Of a DNA stretch of 64,000 bases, positions 36,763-45,892 are shown piece after piece. The translations under genes and the position numbers were made by a program. The notes under the pieces are model-generated. The model was given only the letters and a program-made list of their open reading frames with translations, searched no databases and was not told the origin of the DNA. How positions within the stretch are numbered: position 1 is the stretch's first letter; each line of letters opens with the position of its first letter. The stretch is from Gemmatimonadales bacterium (GTDB lineage: Bacteria > Gemmatimonadota > Gemmatimonadetes > Gemmatimonadales > GWC2-71-9), in NCBI GenBank assembly GCA_035287045.1, contig DATECF010000116.1, forward strand, positions 16,098 to 80,097, written 5' to 3'.

Positions 36763-37370
36763 CTGGCCCGCAAGACGGCCGCCAGCGGGACGTGCACGAT
36801 GAGGGCGAGCGTGTAGGCCAGGGCCGCCACGGCACCGTGGAACGGCGCGAGTCCGCTGACGGTGAGCATCACGAAGAGTAGTACGCCAAGCCCGGCGGTC
36901 TGTGCGGCCGCGCGCACCACGCTGCCGCCGCGGGCCGACGCGATGCTGTACGCCCAGGCGCCCAGCCACGCCAGGGTGCAGGACCCCATCCACCACACGG
37001 GGAGGTACCAGAACCCGCTCCCGCCCCCGATGTCGTCCCAGGTCCAGTGGTACAGGTCCACCGGCCGCAGGATCACCGTGTCCACGACGGTGAACGCGAC
37101 CGCGCCCAGCAACCCCAGCAGCGCCGCCTGGGCGATGGCGTCCACGCCGCGCGGACGGACCCAGAACGACGGGGCGTAGGCGAATACCGTGCCGCCCGCC
37201 AGAATCAGCAGCGACTGCGCGATGACTTCGGTCCGGCCCGTCAGCGCGCGCGACAGCAACGCGAAGGCGACCACGCCGACGGCGGTGGCGATCCCGAGCT
37301 TCATCCCGCCACCGACGATGGTGCGAGCGTCGGTCTGCGGGGCGAGGGCGGCTTGGGCCGGGGAGGTCAT
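36759..37370 (-). CDS. Hypothetical polytopic membrane protein
   Basis: About six hydrophobic segments and a Trp-rich loop WTWDDIGGGSGFWYLPVWW. Confidence 0.7.
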   Translation of the reverse strand: MTSPAQAALAPQTDARTIVGGGMKLGIATAVGVVAFALLSRALTGRTEVIAQSLLILAGGTVFAYAPSFWVRPRGVDAIAQAALLGLLGAVAFTVVDTVILRPVDLYHWTWDDIGGGSGFWYLPVWWMGSCTLAWLGAWAYSIASARGGSVVRAAAQTAGLGVLLFVMLTVSGLAPFHGAVAALAYTLALIVHVPLAAVLRAR

Positions 37371-37462
37371 GAGGGCTCCAGCATCAATGTGCCGACAACT
37401 TAGCGGCGGGCGGAGTGCAGTTCAACGGGCGATGGCCGTGGGTGGGCCCCGAAACCCGACAG

Positions 37463-38242
37463 TCACCATGCTACGCCGAGATGCTTGGCGGCAATCCGCA
37501 GCCCCAGCAACGTCAGGTGCGGCTCCACCTGCTCGATCTCGGTGGAGAGCGGCGCCACCAGGGCCACCAGGCCGCCGGTGCCCACCACCAGCGGGGTGCC
37601 GCCACCGGGCCACTCCGCCTTGATCCGGCGCACCATGCCGTCGGTGCTGTCGGCGGCGCCGAACAACACGCCCGACCTGATGCAGTCCTCCGTGCGGCGC
37701 CCGATAACCCGCTGCGGCGGCAGCAGCTCAGTGCCCGGCAGCTTCGCCGCCCGCCGCGTCAGGTTCTCCGCCGCCGTGAGCACGCCCGGCGCGATCACCC
37801 CGCCGATGAACCGCCGGTCCTGGGTGACACAATCGAAGGTGGTCGCCGTCCCGTAGTCCACGACGATGGTGTCCCGCCGGTACAGCTCGCACGCCGCCAG
37901 CGTGTTCACTACCCGGTCGGCGCCCACCGTCATCGGCTCGTCCACGTCCAGCTCGATGGACAGCGGGCTGGCCGCGTCCACCACCACGGGGCGCGCGCCG
38001 GTGGCCTGCTGGATACCCGAGGCCAGGGCTTCGGTCACCGCCGGTGCGACCGACGCCTGGACCGCGGCCCGCACCTCGTGCGTGGAATGGCCTGCGTTCA
38101 CCAGGTGCGCGGTCAGCGTGGCCGCCCATTCATCCGGCGTCCGGGACGCCACGGTGGTAAGCCGCCACACGACGGCCAGCCGATCCCCCTGGAACAAGCC
38201 GACCGTGATCTCGGTGTTGCCGACGTCGATGGCGAGAAGCAT
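37463..38242 (-). CDS. coaX: Type III pantothenate kinase
   Basis: LAIDVGNT, VGADR, VDYGTATTFD, GGVIAPG. Confidence 0.95.
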   Translation of the reverse strand: MLLAIDVGNTEITVGLFQGDRLAVVWRLTTVASRTPDEWAATLTAHLVNAGHSTHEVRAAVQASVAPAVTEALASGIQQATGARPVVVDAASPLSIELDVDEPMTVGADRVVNTLAACELYRRDTIVVDYGTATTFDCVTQDRRFIGGVIAPGVLTAAENLTRRAAKLPGTELLPPQRVIGRRTEDCIRSGVLFGAADSTDGMVRRIKAEWPGGGTPLVVGTGGLVALVAPLSTEIEQVEPHLTLLGLRIAAKHLGVAW

Positions 38243-38267
38243 ACCCCTACCTCTTACCTCCCCGGTT

Positions 38268-39008
38268 TCATGCGACGACCACGGTCCCCGCCATCACCCG
38301 CCGCACTCCGCTCCCAGTCTCCACCACCAGCGCCCCATCCGGGGCAACCCCGGACACGCGGCCCGGCAACGGCTCCACCACGTCGCGACCGGCCAGCCAG
38401 TCGTACCGCCGGTACGCAGCCTGCTCCGCAGGCGTCATTGCCGGCCCGCCCGCCAACTGATGCAGCCGCGGAATCAGCTCTTCCAGCACCGCCAGCCGGG
38501 TGACCCGGTGGCCTCCGTCGTCAAGCGCCGCGGCGTGCGCCGAGATCTCCGGAGCTACCGGCCCATGCACGTTCAGCCCAACCCCCACGCCTACCCACGT
38601 CGCCCCGTTCGGCGCGGTCCGCGCCTCGCACAGGATCCCGCCGACTTTCTTGTCCGCCACCAGCACGTCGTTGGGCCACTTGAGCCGCGGGGCGAGACCC
38701 AGCGCCGAGAGCGCCTCGCCGACGGCCAGCCCCACGCGCAACGCCAGGACGCCGGTGATCGGTTCATCCGCCGGCCGGTGGAGGTACCCCATCAGAATCC
38801 CCGCGCCGGGCGGGCAGTGCCACCGCCCCCCGTCCCGACCCCGTCCTTTCACCTGCTCGTCCGCCAGGACGACGGTCCCCGGCGGCGCCCCCTCCAGTGC
38901 CAACTCGTGCACCAGGTCCAGCGTGCTGGTGACGCGCGGCATCACCAAGCAACTCGGCGCACGGATCCGCGCGGCGAGGTCGTCCGGGGCGAGTCCGTCG
39001 TAGGTCAC
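38268..39008 (-). CDS. birA: Biotin-[acetyl-CoA-carboxylase] ligase (no HTH domain)
   Basis: QVKGRGR, LKWPND, KKVGGIL, GVGLNV. Confidence 0.93.
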   Translation of the reverse strand: MTYDGLAPDDLAARIRAPSCLVMPRVTSTLDLVHELALEGAPPGTVVLADEQVKGRGRDGGRWHCPPGAGILMGYLHRPADEPITGVLALRVGLAVGEALSALGLAPRLKWPNDVLVADKKVGGILCEARTAPNGATWVGVGVGLNVHGPVAPEISAHAAALDDGGHRVTRLAVLEELIPRLHQLAGGPAMTPAEQAAYRRYDWLAGRDVVEPLPGRVSGVAPDGALVVETGSGVRRVMAGTVVVA

Positions 39009-39790
39009 GCGCCCAGGGCCCAGAGCAGCGTCGCCGCCCCTGCCACCCAGCAATAGGGGGCGAACCGGTGAAAGGCACCGCGCTCCAGGAGCACGACCAA
39101 GAGCTTGATGGCCGCGATCCCGGCGAGGAGGGCCGCCCAAAAGGCCACCACGAGGGGCAGGGCTGCAACCCCGGTGGCCTCGGTCCCGAGCTTCGGCAAC
39201 TCGAGCACCGCCGCCCCCGCGATGACCGGAATGGACATGAGGAAGGAGAACTCGGCGGCCTGGGCCGGCCGGACGCCCGCCCACAGGGCCGCGGCCACCG
39301 TCGATCCCGAACGAGATATGCCCGGCAGAATCGCGAAGGCCTGCGCGAACCCGATCCCGCCCGCGGCCCGCCACGACGGCTCGCGTACCGTCGCCCGGGC
39401 GCCCAGCCGGCGGGTACTCCACAGGATCGCCCCCGTGAGGAGAAAGTCCACCCCCACGATGGCCAGCGAGCTGAACGCCTGCTCGAACCACTCACCCAGC
39501 AATACTCCCGCCAGCCCGGCGGGAATGGTGGCGAGCCCGAGGAGCGCCACGTAGCGCCAGGAGCCGCCGTCCCCACGACTGAGACCTGCCAGCACCTCCC
39601 AGATCCTCCCCCGGTAGACGACCAGCACCGCGGCCAGCGTCGCGACGTGGAGCGCCACTTCGACCACGACCCCCTGCCGCGCCACGCCCAGCGCGCGCTC
39701 GGCTACCACGAGATGGCCGGAGCTGGAGACCGGCAGGAACTCCGTCAGTCCCTGCACCACGCCCAGCACCACGCCCTGCCACCAGGTCAT
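39005..39790 (-). CDS. uppP: Undecaprenyl-diphosphate phosphatase
   Basis: QGLTEFLPVSSSGH, PGISRSG, FSFLMSIP. Confidence 0.96.
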   Translation of the reverse strand: MTWWQGVVLGVVQGLTEFLPVSSSGHLVVAERALGVARQGVVVEVALHVATLAAVLVVYRGRIWEVLAGLSRGDGGSWRYVALLGLATIPAGLAGVLLGEWFEQAFSSLAIVGVDFLLTGAILWSTRRLGARATVREPSWRAAGGIGFAQAFAILPGISRSGSTVAAALWAGVRPAQAAEFSFLMSIPVIAGAAVLELPKLGTEATGVAALPLVVAFWAALLAGIAAIKLLVVLLERGAFHRFAPYCWVAGAATLLWALGA

Positions 39791-40914
39791 CCGTCGATCA
39801 GCCTCCGGTAGAGATCCTCGTACAGCGGCACCACCAGGTCGGCGGAGAAACTCCGCGCGCGCTCCACGGCCCCCGCGCGCAGCCGACGCCAGCGATCGCC
39901 GTCACGCAACATGGCCACCGCCTGCGTCGCCATCTCGTCCACCGCCTCGGGCGCCACCAGGGCCCCGGTTTCGCCATCCACCACGACCTCCGGCAATCCA
40001 CCTACCCGGCTGGCCAGCACGGGTACGCCACAGGCCATCGCCTCCAACGCCGCGAGGCCGAACGACTCCGACGAGCTCGGCAGCAGAAACAGGTCCGCCG
40101 CGCGGAGCAGGTCCGCTACCGAGTCGAGCTTGCCCAAAAAGAACACCTGCCGCGCCACACCCAACCGCTCGGCCTCGGCCTCGGCTTCCTCCCGGTCCGG
40201 CCCGTCGCCCACCAGCACCAGCACCGAGGGGACTTCGCGCCGCACTTTGGCGAAGATGCGCACCACCTCGGGCACCCGCTTCACGGACCGGAAGTTGGAA
40301 ATGTGCATGAGCATCTTGGTATCGCGCGGGACGAATGCCGGGCAATGACGCTCGTCGGACGGGAAGTACTCCTCCAGATTGACGAAGTTGGGGATCACCT
40401 CGATGGCGCAGCCGGTGCACCCGAAGGCCCGGTAGGTCTCGTCCCGCAAATACTCCGATACGGCGGTCACGGCGTCGGACCGCTCGATCGAGAACTTCGT
40501 GATCGTTGCGAACGAGTGGGCTTGCCCTACCAGGGTGATGTCCGTGCCGTGCAGCGTGGTCACCACCCGCAGCGGGCGCTGATCTTCCAGCATCTCGCGC
40601 GCCAGATACGCGGCCGTGGCGTGGGGGATGGCGTAGTGGACGTGCAGGACGTCGAGATCCTCGCGCAGCGCGACTTCGTGCTGCTTGACCGCGAGCGCCA
40701 GCGAATAGGGGAAGTACTCCAGCAACGGATAGGCGCCGGTCAGGTCCACCTCGTGGAAGTACACCCGCTCGGCAAAGCCCCGGAGTCGGAACGGGGAGGC
40801 ATACGAGATGAAGTGGACGTGGTGTCCACGCCGTGCCAGGGCCAGTCCCAGTTCCGTAGCCACGGCCCCGGAGCCCCCGTAGGTCGGATAACAGGTAATC
40901 CCAATCCGCATCAT
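39787..40914 (-). CDS. bshA: N-acetyl-alpha-D-glucosaminyl L-malate synthase
   Basis: MRIGITCYPTYGGSG, HVHYAIPHA, TTLHGTDITLVG, ISNFRSVKR, ESFGLAALEAM. Confidence 0.9.
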   Translation of the reverse strand: MMRIGITCYPTYGGSGAVATELGLALARRGHHVHFISYASPFRLRGFAERVYFHEVDLTGAYPLLEYFPYSLALAVKQHEVALREDLDVLHVHYAIPHATAAYLAREMLEDQRPLRVVTTLHGTDITLVGQAHSFATITKFSIERSDAVTAVSEYLRDETYRAFGCTGCAIEVIPNFVNLEEYFPSDERHCPAFVPRDTKMLMHISNFRSVKRVPEVVRIFAKVRREVPSVLVLVGDGPDREEAEAEAERLGVARQVFFLGKLDSVADLLRAADLFLLPSSSESFGLAALEAMACGVPVLASRVGGLPEVVVDGETGALVAPEAVDEMATQAVAMLRDGDRWRRLRAGAVERARSFSADLVVPLYEDLYRRLIDG

Positions 40915-41837
40915 CTCCCCCGCTCCCGCTCCCATCGCTCGGCAATCCGGGCCGCCAGCGCTTCCGGCGATTCGGTGGCGTCCAACGTCACGACCGGCGC
41001 GCGGCCGAGCTGGTGCCGGAACCAGGTCTCCTGGCGCTTGGCATAGCGCCGGGTGCTGGTGACGATCGCCTGCTCCAGCCTATCGGCCGGCAGCTCCCCG
41101 CGGACGTGGCGGACGATCTCCCGGTACCCAAGGGCGTCGAGTCCGGGGGCGTCCGGGTCGAGTCCGGCGGCGAGCACTCGCCGCACCTCCTCCACCCATC
41201 CCGCGCTCAGCATGCCCGCGACGCGCTCCCCGATCCGTTGATGCAGCACCGCCCGTGGCAGGGCGAGCCGCACGTACCACGGGCGCATCACGCCCTCCGC
41301 CCGCGCCCGCCGCTGCCACCACGAGAGCGGCTGCCCCGTGAGCAACGCCACCTCCACGGTGCGCGCCGCGCGTTGTCGCCCCCCTCCGGCGTAGTCCGGG
41401 TCCAGGCGGGTGGCCCACCGTGCCAGACCGTCGGCCCGCGACGTCCACCCGGCCAACCGCTGGCGCCGCTCCGGATCCAGCGGCGGCTCGCGGAACAGTC
41501 CATCCGCCAGAGCCCGGATGTAGAGCCCGGTGCCCCCCACCACGACCGGCATCCGTTCCGGCGGCAGGCCGCCCAGCCACTGTGCCGCCTCCCGGGCGAA
41601 CCGGCCCGCACTGTAGCGCTGGCCCGGATCGAGCAGATCCACGCCAAGGTGTGAGACGGCGGCCCGCTCCGCCGGCGTGGGCTTGCCCGTGCCGACATCC
41701 AGCCCCCGATAGACCTGGCGCGAGTCCGCCGATATGACCACCAGCGGCCAATGCCGGGCCATCGCCACGGCGACGGCCGTCTTGCCCACCGCCGTGGGCC
41801 CCACGATGACGGGGACCTGCTGCCTACGCCCGGCCAA
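40911..41837 (-). CDS. miaA: tRNA dimethylallyltransferase
   Basis: GPTAVGKT, ISADSRQVY, GGTGLY, YAKRQETWF; TTG start. Confidence 0.95.
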   Translation of the reverse strand: MAGRRQQVPVIVGPTAVGKTAVAVAMARHWPLVVISADSRQVYRGLDVGTGKPTPAERAAVSHLGVDLLDPGQRYSAGRFAREAAQWLGGLPPERMPVVVGGTGLYIRALADGLFREPPLDPERRQRLAGWTSRADGLARWATRLDPDYAGGGRQRAARTVEVALLTGQPLSWWQRRARAEGVMRPWYVRLALPRAVLHQRIGERVAGMLSAGWVEEVRRVLAAGLDPDAPGLDALGYREIVRHVRGELPADRLEQAIVTSTRRYAKRQETWFRHQLGRAPVVTLDATESPEALAARIAERWERERGR

Positions 41838-43542
41838 AGCGCCGCTCCAGCTCCTCCCGGGGCAGCTGCACGATCGTGGGCCGGCCGTGGACGTCGTGGG
41901 GCGGCAACTCGCAGGCCATGAGGCGCGCCATCAACTCCCGCATCTCATCCGGCGCCAGCGACTGCCCCGCCTTGACCGCCGCGCGGCAGGCATATGTCGC
42001 GGCGAACCGCTCCAGCCGGTTGGCCCAGCCGCCGAAGCGCCCTCGCGCCAAGTCCGCCACCAGCTCTTCGAAACACCGCTTGGCGTCGAACCGCGGGTGG
42101 GGATTGGGAACGGCATGGATGATAACCGATCGCCCCCCGAAGGGCTCCGCCTCGAACCCCACCGCCCGGAGCAGGTCGGCGTGGGTCTCGACCGACTCCA
42201 GCTCCGCCGGCTCGAGATCCAGCGTGATCGGCAGCAACAGGTGTTGCGCTGCGGCGCCCCCTCCGGTGAGCTGCTGCATGGCTCGCTCGTAGAGGACCCG
42301 CTCGTGGGCGGAATGCTGGTCCACGATGGTGAGTCCGTCGGGACTCTCGAACACGATGTAGGTCCCGGCCACCTGCACCATGGGCCCCACGCCCGGGCCG
42401 GGTGCCGGGGCGCTGGAGTCGCTGGCAAACAGCGGCATCGCGCCATCGTCCCCAGGACGACCGGCTGGCGCGGCCGGAGTGGCGCCGGAGCCCACGTACG
42501 GACCGCTCCAGGGCCCGGCGGCGTCTCCGGGCCGCAGCACGGCCGCGGCCCCCAGCGGCTGCAACGCCGCCCGCACCGCTTCCTCCACCGCACGCTCGAT
42601 CGCGTACCGATCGCGAAACCGGACCTCCAGCTTCTGTGGATGGACGTTGACATCCACCTGGTCGCCGGGCATCGCCAGCACCAGGAAGACCGTAGGCCGG
42701 GATCCCGGATGGATGGTGGCGCGGTAGCCCGCTTCCGCCGCCCGGACCAGAAACGGGTCTCGAAAGGGCCGGCCGTTCACGAAGAGGTAGGCCTTCCGTC
42801 CCGTAGGCCGGGCGTCCGCCGGACGCTGCACGAAGCCCCGCACCGTGAGCGCGCCGGCGGCCCGGTCCACCGGCACCAGCTCCGTGGCCAGCCGGCGCCC
42901 GAACAACGACGCGATGCGCTCCGCGACCGACGCCACCCGAGCCGCATCCAGCAACGCCCGTCCCTCGCTCACCACCTGGAACGCCACGTCCAGCCGCGCC
43001 AGCGCGAGCACCGTCACGGCTTCGACGATGGCGCGCGTCTCGCTGCGCGGGGATCGGAGAAACTTCCTGCGCGCCGGTGTGTTGAAGAACAGGCGGCGCA
43101 CGGTCACGCTGGTACCGGCGGCCCGGGCCGTGGGACCCGCCGCGCGCAGCTCGCCGCCGCTCACCTCCACCCGCGTGCCGCCGCCGGACGTGCCCGCCAC
43201 GGCGGTCTCCAGCTCGAGCTGCGAAACGGCGGCGATGGCCGCCAGGGCCTCACCCCGGAACCCGTACGTCTGCACCCCGATGAGGTCCGCGGCGTAGCGG
43301 ATCTTGCTGGTCGCGTGACGCCCGACGGCGAGCCGGGCGTCGTCCGGGTCCATGCCGGAGCCGTCGTCCGACACGCGGATCAGCGTGGCCCCCCCGCCCT
43401 CCAACTCCACGGTGACCTCGCGCGCACCGGCGTCGAGCGCGTTCTCCACCAGCTCTTTCACCACCGAGGCGGGCCGCTCCACGACTTCCCCCGCGGCGAT
43501 CTGATCCGCGACGGATGACGGGAGAACGGCGATCTTGGCCAC
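41824..43542 (-). CDS. mutL: DNA mismatch repair protein MutL
   Basis: IAAGEVVERPASVVKELVENALDA, HATSK, GFRGEAL, DQHSAHER. Confidence 0.96.
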   Translation of the reverse strand: MAKIAVLPSSVADQIAAGEVVERPASVVKELVENALDAGAREVTVELEGGGATLIRVSDDGSGMDPDDARLAVGRHATSKIRYAADLIGVQTYGFRGEALAAIAAVSQLELETAVAGTSGGGTRVEVSGGELRAAGPTARAAGTSVTVRRLFFNTPARRKFLRSPRSETRAIVEAVTVLALARLDVAFQVVSEGRALLDAARVASVAERIASLFGRRLATELVPVDRAAGALTVRGFVQRPADARPTGRKAYLFVNGRPFRDPFLVRAAEAGYRATIHPGSRPTVFLVLAMPGDQVDVNVHPQKLEVRFRDRYAIERAVEEAVRAALQPLGAAAVLRPGDAAGPWSGPYVGSGATPAAPAGRPGDDGAMPLFASDSSAPAPGPGVGPMVQVAGTYIVFESPDGLTIVDQHSAHERVLYERAMQQLTGGGAAAQHLLLPITLDLEPAELESVETHADLLRAVGFEAEPFGGRSVIIHAVPNPHPRFDAKRCFEELVADLARGRFGGWANRLERFAATYACRAAVKAGQSLAPDEMRELMARLMACELPPHDVHGRPTIVQLPREELERRFGRA

Positions 43543-43564
43543 GCCTAGCCCCGGGTTGACGGCA

Positions 43565-45892
43565 TCAGAACAGCAGGACTTCGCCCCGCATCACCCACCC
43601 GCGCGTCTCCCCGTGCGCCACCAGATACCAGCCCGGCCGGACGTGCTCGATGCGCACCGCCGTACCTTCGCGCAGCTGGCGCGAGCCGGACGCGCTGCCG
43701 TAGGGTGCTTCACGGAGCGGCGTTTCGCCCGCCAGGGTGATCGCCACCGGTTCCCGGTACCGGCGGATCGCCCGCGCACCGTAGGCACCGGCGACCAGGG
43801 CGGCACCCATCACTCCGAGCGCCATCGGCCGCCACCGCCGCAACAGCACCAGCACGGACCCCAGGAGCCAAAGCCCAGCCGCCGCCGTGAACGCCTCGTC
43901 CGGCGTGATGGGAGCCACCCACAGGAGACGCTCGCTCCAGGCGTCCGGGAGCGGCACCAGCTCGGATGCCCGCTCCACCAGCGGGCTGCGCGGCGCCAGG
44001 CGCGCGGCCCGGAACCACGCCGCCTCCGCGCGGGCGTCCACGCCCAGGCGATACCAGGCGTTGCCGAGGTTGTACCAGTGCGCGGCGACATCAGGCTCTC
44101 GGGCCGCGCGCGCGGCGAAGCTGTCCGCCGCGGCGCGCAGCGCCCCCGCTTCGTAGAGCCGCTCGGGACTCGCGTCCTGCGCGCGGCCGACCGCCGGCAG
44201 GAGCAGCATGACCAGGCTCACATGGGTGAATGCGCCGGACCGGCGGGCTCCCGACCGCTCACCCAACAGCGCCCGGAGCACTTCCTGCACCTCGGCCCGC
44301 AGTTCCTGCGCGTCGGAGGCGCCGCCCCGGCCGTACAGCGCCTGCCGGAGCCGATCGCGCACCCGCGCGACGTGGTTGGCCAGCGGCGCTTCCACCCCAG
44401 CGGCCCGCAACGCGTCCGCCAGAGCGTCCCCGCCCCGCCCCAACGCGCCCGGCACCAGGCGCTCCAACTCCCGGCGAAACTTCCGGTCCAGGGAATCCAA
44501 CTCGCCACGATCCGGCCGCTCCTGCGGCCGCGTCCGGCGCGACCGCCGCCGCCCCCGCCCCAGGGCGAGCAGGAGGACCGGCAACGCGCCCAGGGCGGCC
44601 CACGCGGTGGGCGGCATCCGGCCCATCGCCGGGACCCGCGGTTGAACCCCGCGCATGAGGGGCGGCGGCTGGATCCGGAGCACCGCCGACCCCGGTCCCG
44701 GTCGGGCCACGATTTCCAGCGGAGCCGCCGCCAGCTGCACATACCGGCGGGCATCCAGGTCGTAGTAGCCGTACGCCCCCGACCGCACGCGATACGTCCC
44801 GGCGGAGTCCGCCACCAGCAGATACGTGAAGGTCTTGGTGCCGCGAATCAGGCCATCTTCGCGAGCCACGCTGACGTGCACCTCGCCCGGATAGGCGCGC
44901 AGGCCGACGGGCCACCGCACGCCCGGCTCGGGCCACAAGGCGACGTTGCCCCGCCCCGCCAGCGACACCGTCACGCTCCGCGCATCGCCCACGGCCATAT
45001 CGTGGCTCGTGGGCTCCACGCGGAGCGTCAGGCCGCCCGCGGCGGTCCCGATGAACGCCGACGGCCGCCCGGCGGCGGGATACGGACCGACCTCGATCAT
45101 CACCGAGTCGCTCTGCACCACGTGGCGTAGCTCGCGACTCAGGAAGGAATACGTCAGCGGCAGGCTATAGGCGACGCTGGCCCGGCCCACGCGCACCGTG
45201 CCGGTCTGGAGGGGGAACACCGTCTCGTATTGCACGTACGCATCGTACCATCGGTCGCCCACCCGGCGACTCAGGGCCACACCCGCCGGACCCGCGTGCT
45301 GATACGCCCAGGCACCCTGCACGTCCGGGCCCTCGAAGACCGGGACGGCGCGGATGCGAGAGCGGATCTCGCGGGGGAACCAGGCTACCGTCACCAGGTC
45401 TACCTGGTCACCCAGGACCACCTCGTCCCGCGACGGCACCAGCCGCACCACCACCTGATCGGAAGTGGACGGCGGCTCGAGGCGCTCGAGCAGCCGGCGC
45501 AGGCCCGGGTCCAGCGACGCCGGCTCCACGGCGACCGCCGCCACGGTCACGGTCAAGGCCGGCGCCTCCACCACCCGCGACCCCTGCACCACGCGAAGCC
45601 CGCTCAGCACGGCGCGGCCCGTCGTCCCGGCCACCAGTCGCACCACGCGCTCGGTAACGCGCTGGGCAACGCCATCCACCATTTGCACGCGCGAGCTCTC
45701 ACGCGTCTCCACCAGCTCAAGTCCGGTCACGTCCGGATTCGCGATCCGTACCGGCTCGTTGCCGCGCGCGGCGACCCGAATGGTCAGCACCACCGTGTCG
45801 CCGCGGGACATGGTCTCGCGGTCCACCGTGGCGCGGATCTCCGGCTGCTGGAACAGCAGCGCCAGCCCAAGGACGAGGCCCACGGGCGTCAC
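43565..45892 (-). CDS. BatD-like protein fused to BatE-like TPR/SH3 C-terminus
   Basis: Ig-like BatD repeats, TM helix, then HWYNLGNAWYRLG TPR and LREGTAVRIEH SH3-like end. Confidence 0.75.
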   Translation of the reverse strand: MTPVGLVLGLALLFQQPEIRATVDRETMSRGDTVVLTIRVAARGNEPVRIANPDVTGLELVETRESSRVQMVDGVAQRVTERVVRLVAGTTGRAVLSGLRVVQGSRVVEAPALTVTVAAVAVEPASLDPGLRRLLERLEPPSTSDQVVVRLVPSRDEVVLGDQVDLVTVAWFPREIRSRIRAVPVFEGPDVQGAWAYQHAGPAGVALSRRVGDRWYDAYVQYETVFPLQTGTVRVGRASVAYSLPLTYSFLSRELRHVVQSDSVMIEVGPYPAAGRPSAFIGTAAGGLTLRVEPTSHDMAVGDARSVTVSLAGRGNVALWPEPGVRWPVGLRAYPGEVHVSVAREDGLIRGTKTFTYLLVADSAGTYRVRSGAYGYYDLDARRYVQLAAAPLEIVARPGPGSAVLRIQPPPLMRGVQPRVPAMGRMPPTAWAALGALPVLLLALGRGRRRSRRTRPQERPDRGELDSLDRKFRRELERLVPGALGRGGDALADALRAAGVEAPLANHVARVRDRLRQALYGRGGASDAQELRAEVQEVLRALLGERSGARRSGAFTHVSLVMLLLPAVGRAQDASPERLYEAGALRAAADSFAARAAREPDVAAHWYNLGNAWYRLGVDARAEAAWFRAARLAPRSPLVERASELVPLPDAWSERLLWVAPITPDEAFTAAAGLWLLGSVLVLLRRWRPMALGVMGAALVAGAYGARAIRRYREPVAITLAGETPLREAPYGSASGSRQLREGTAVRIEHVRPGWYLVAHGETRGWVMRGEVLLF

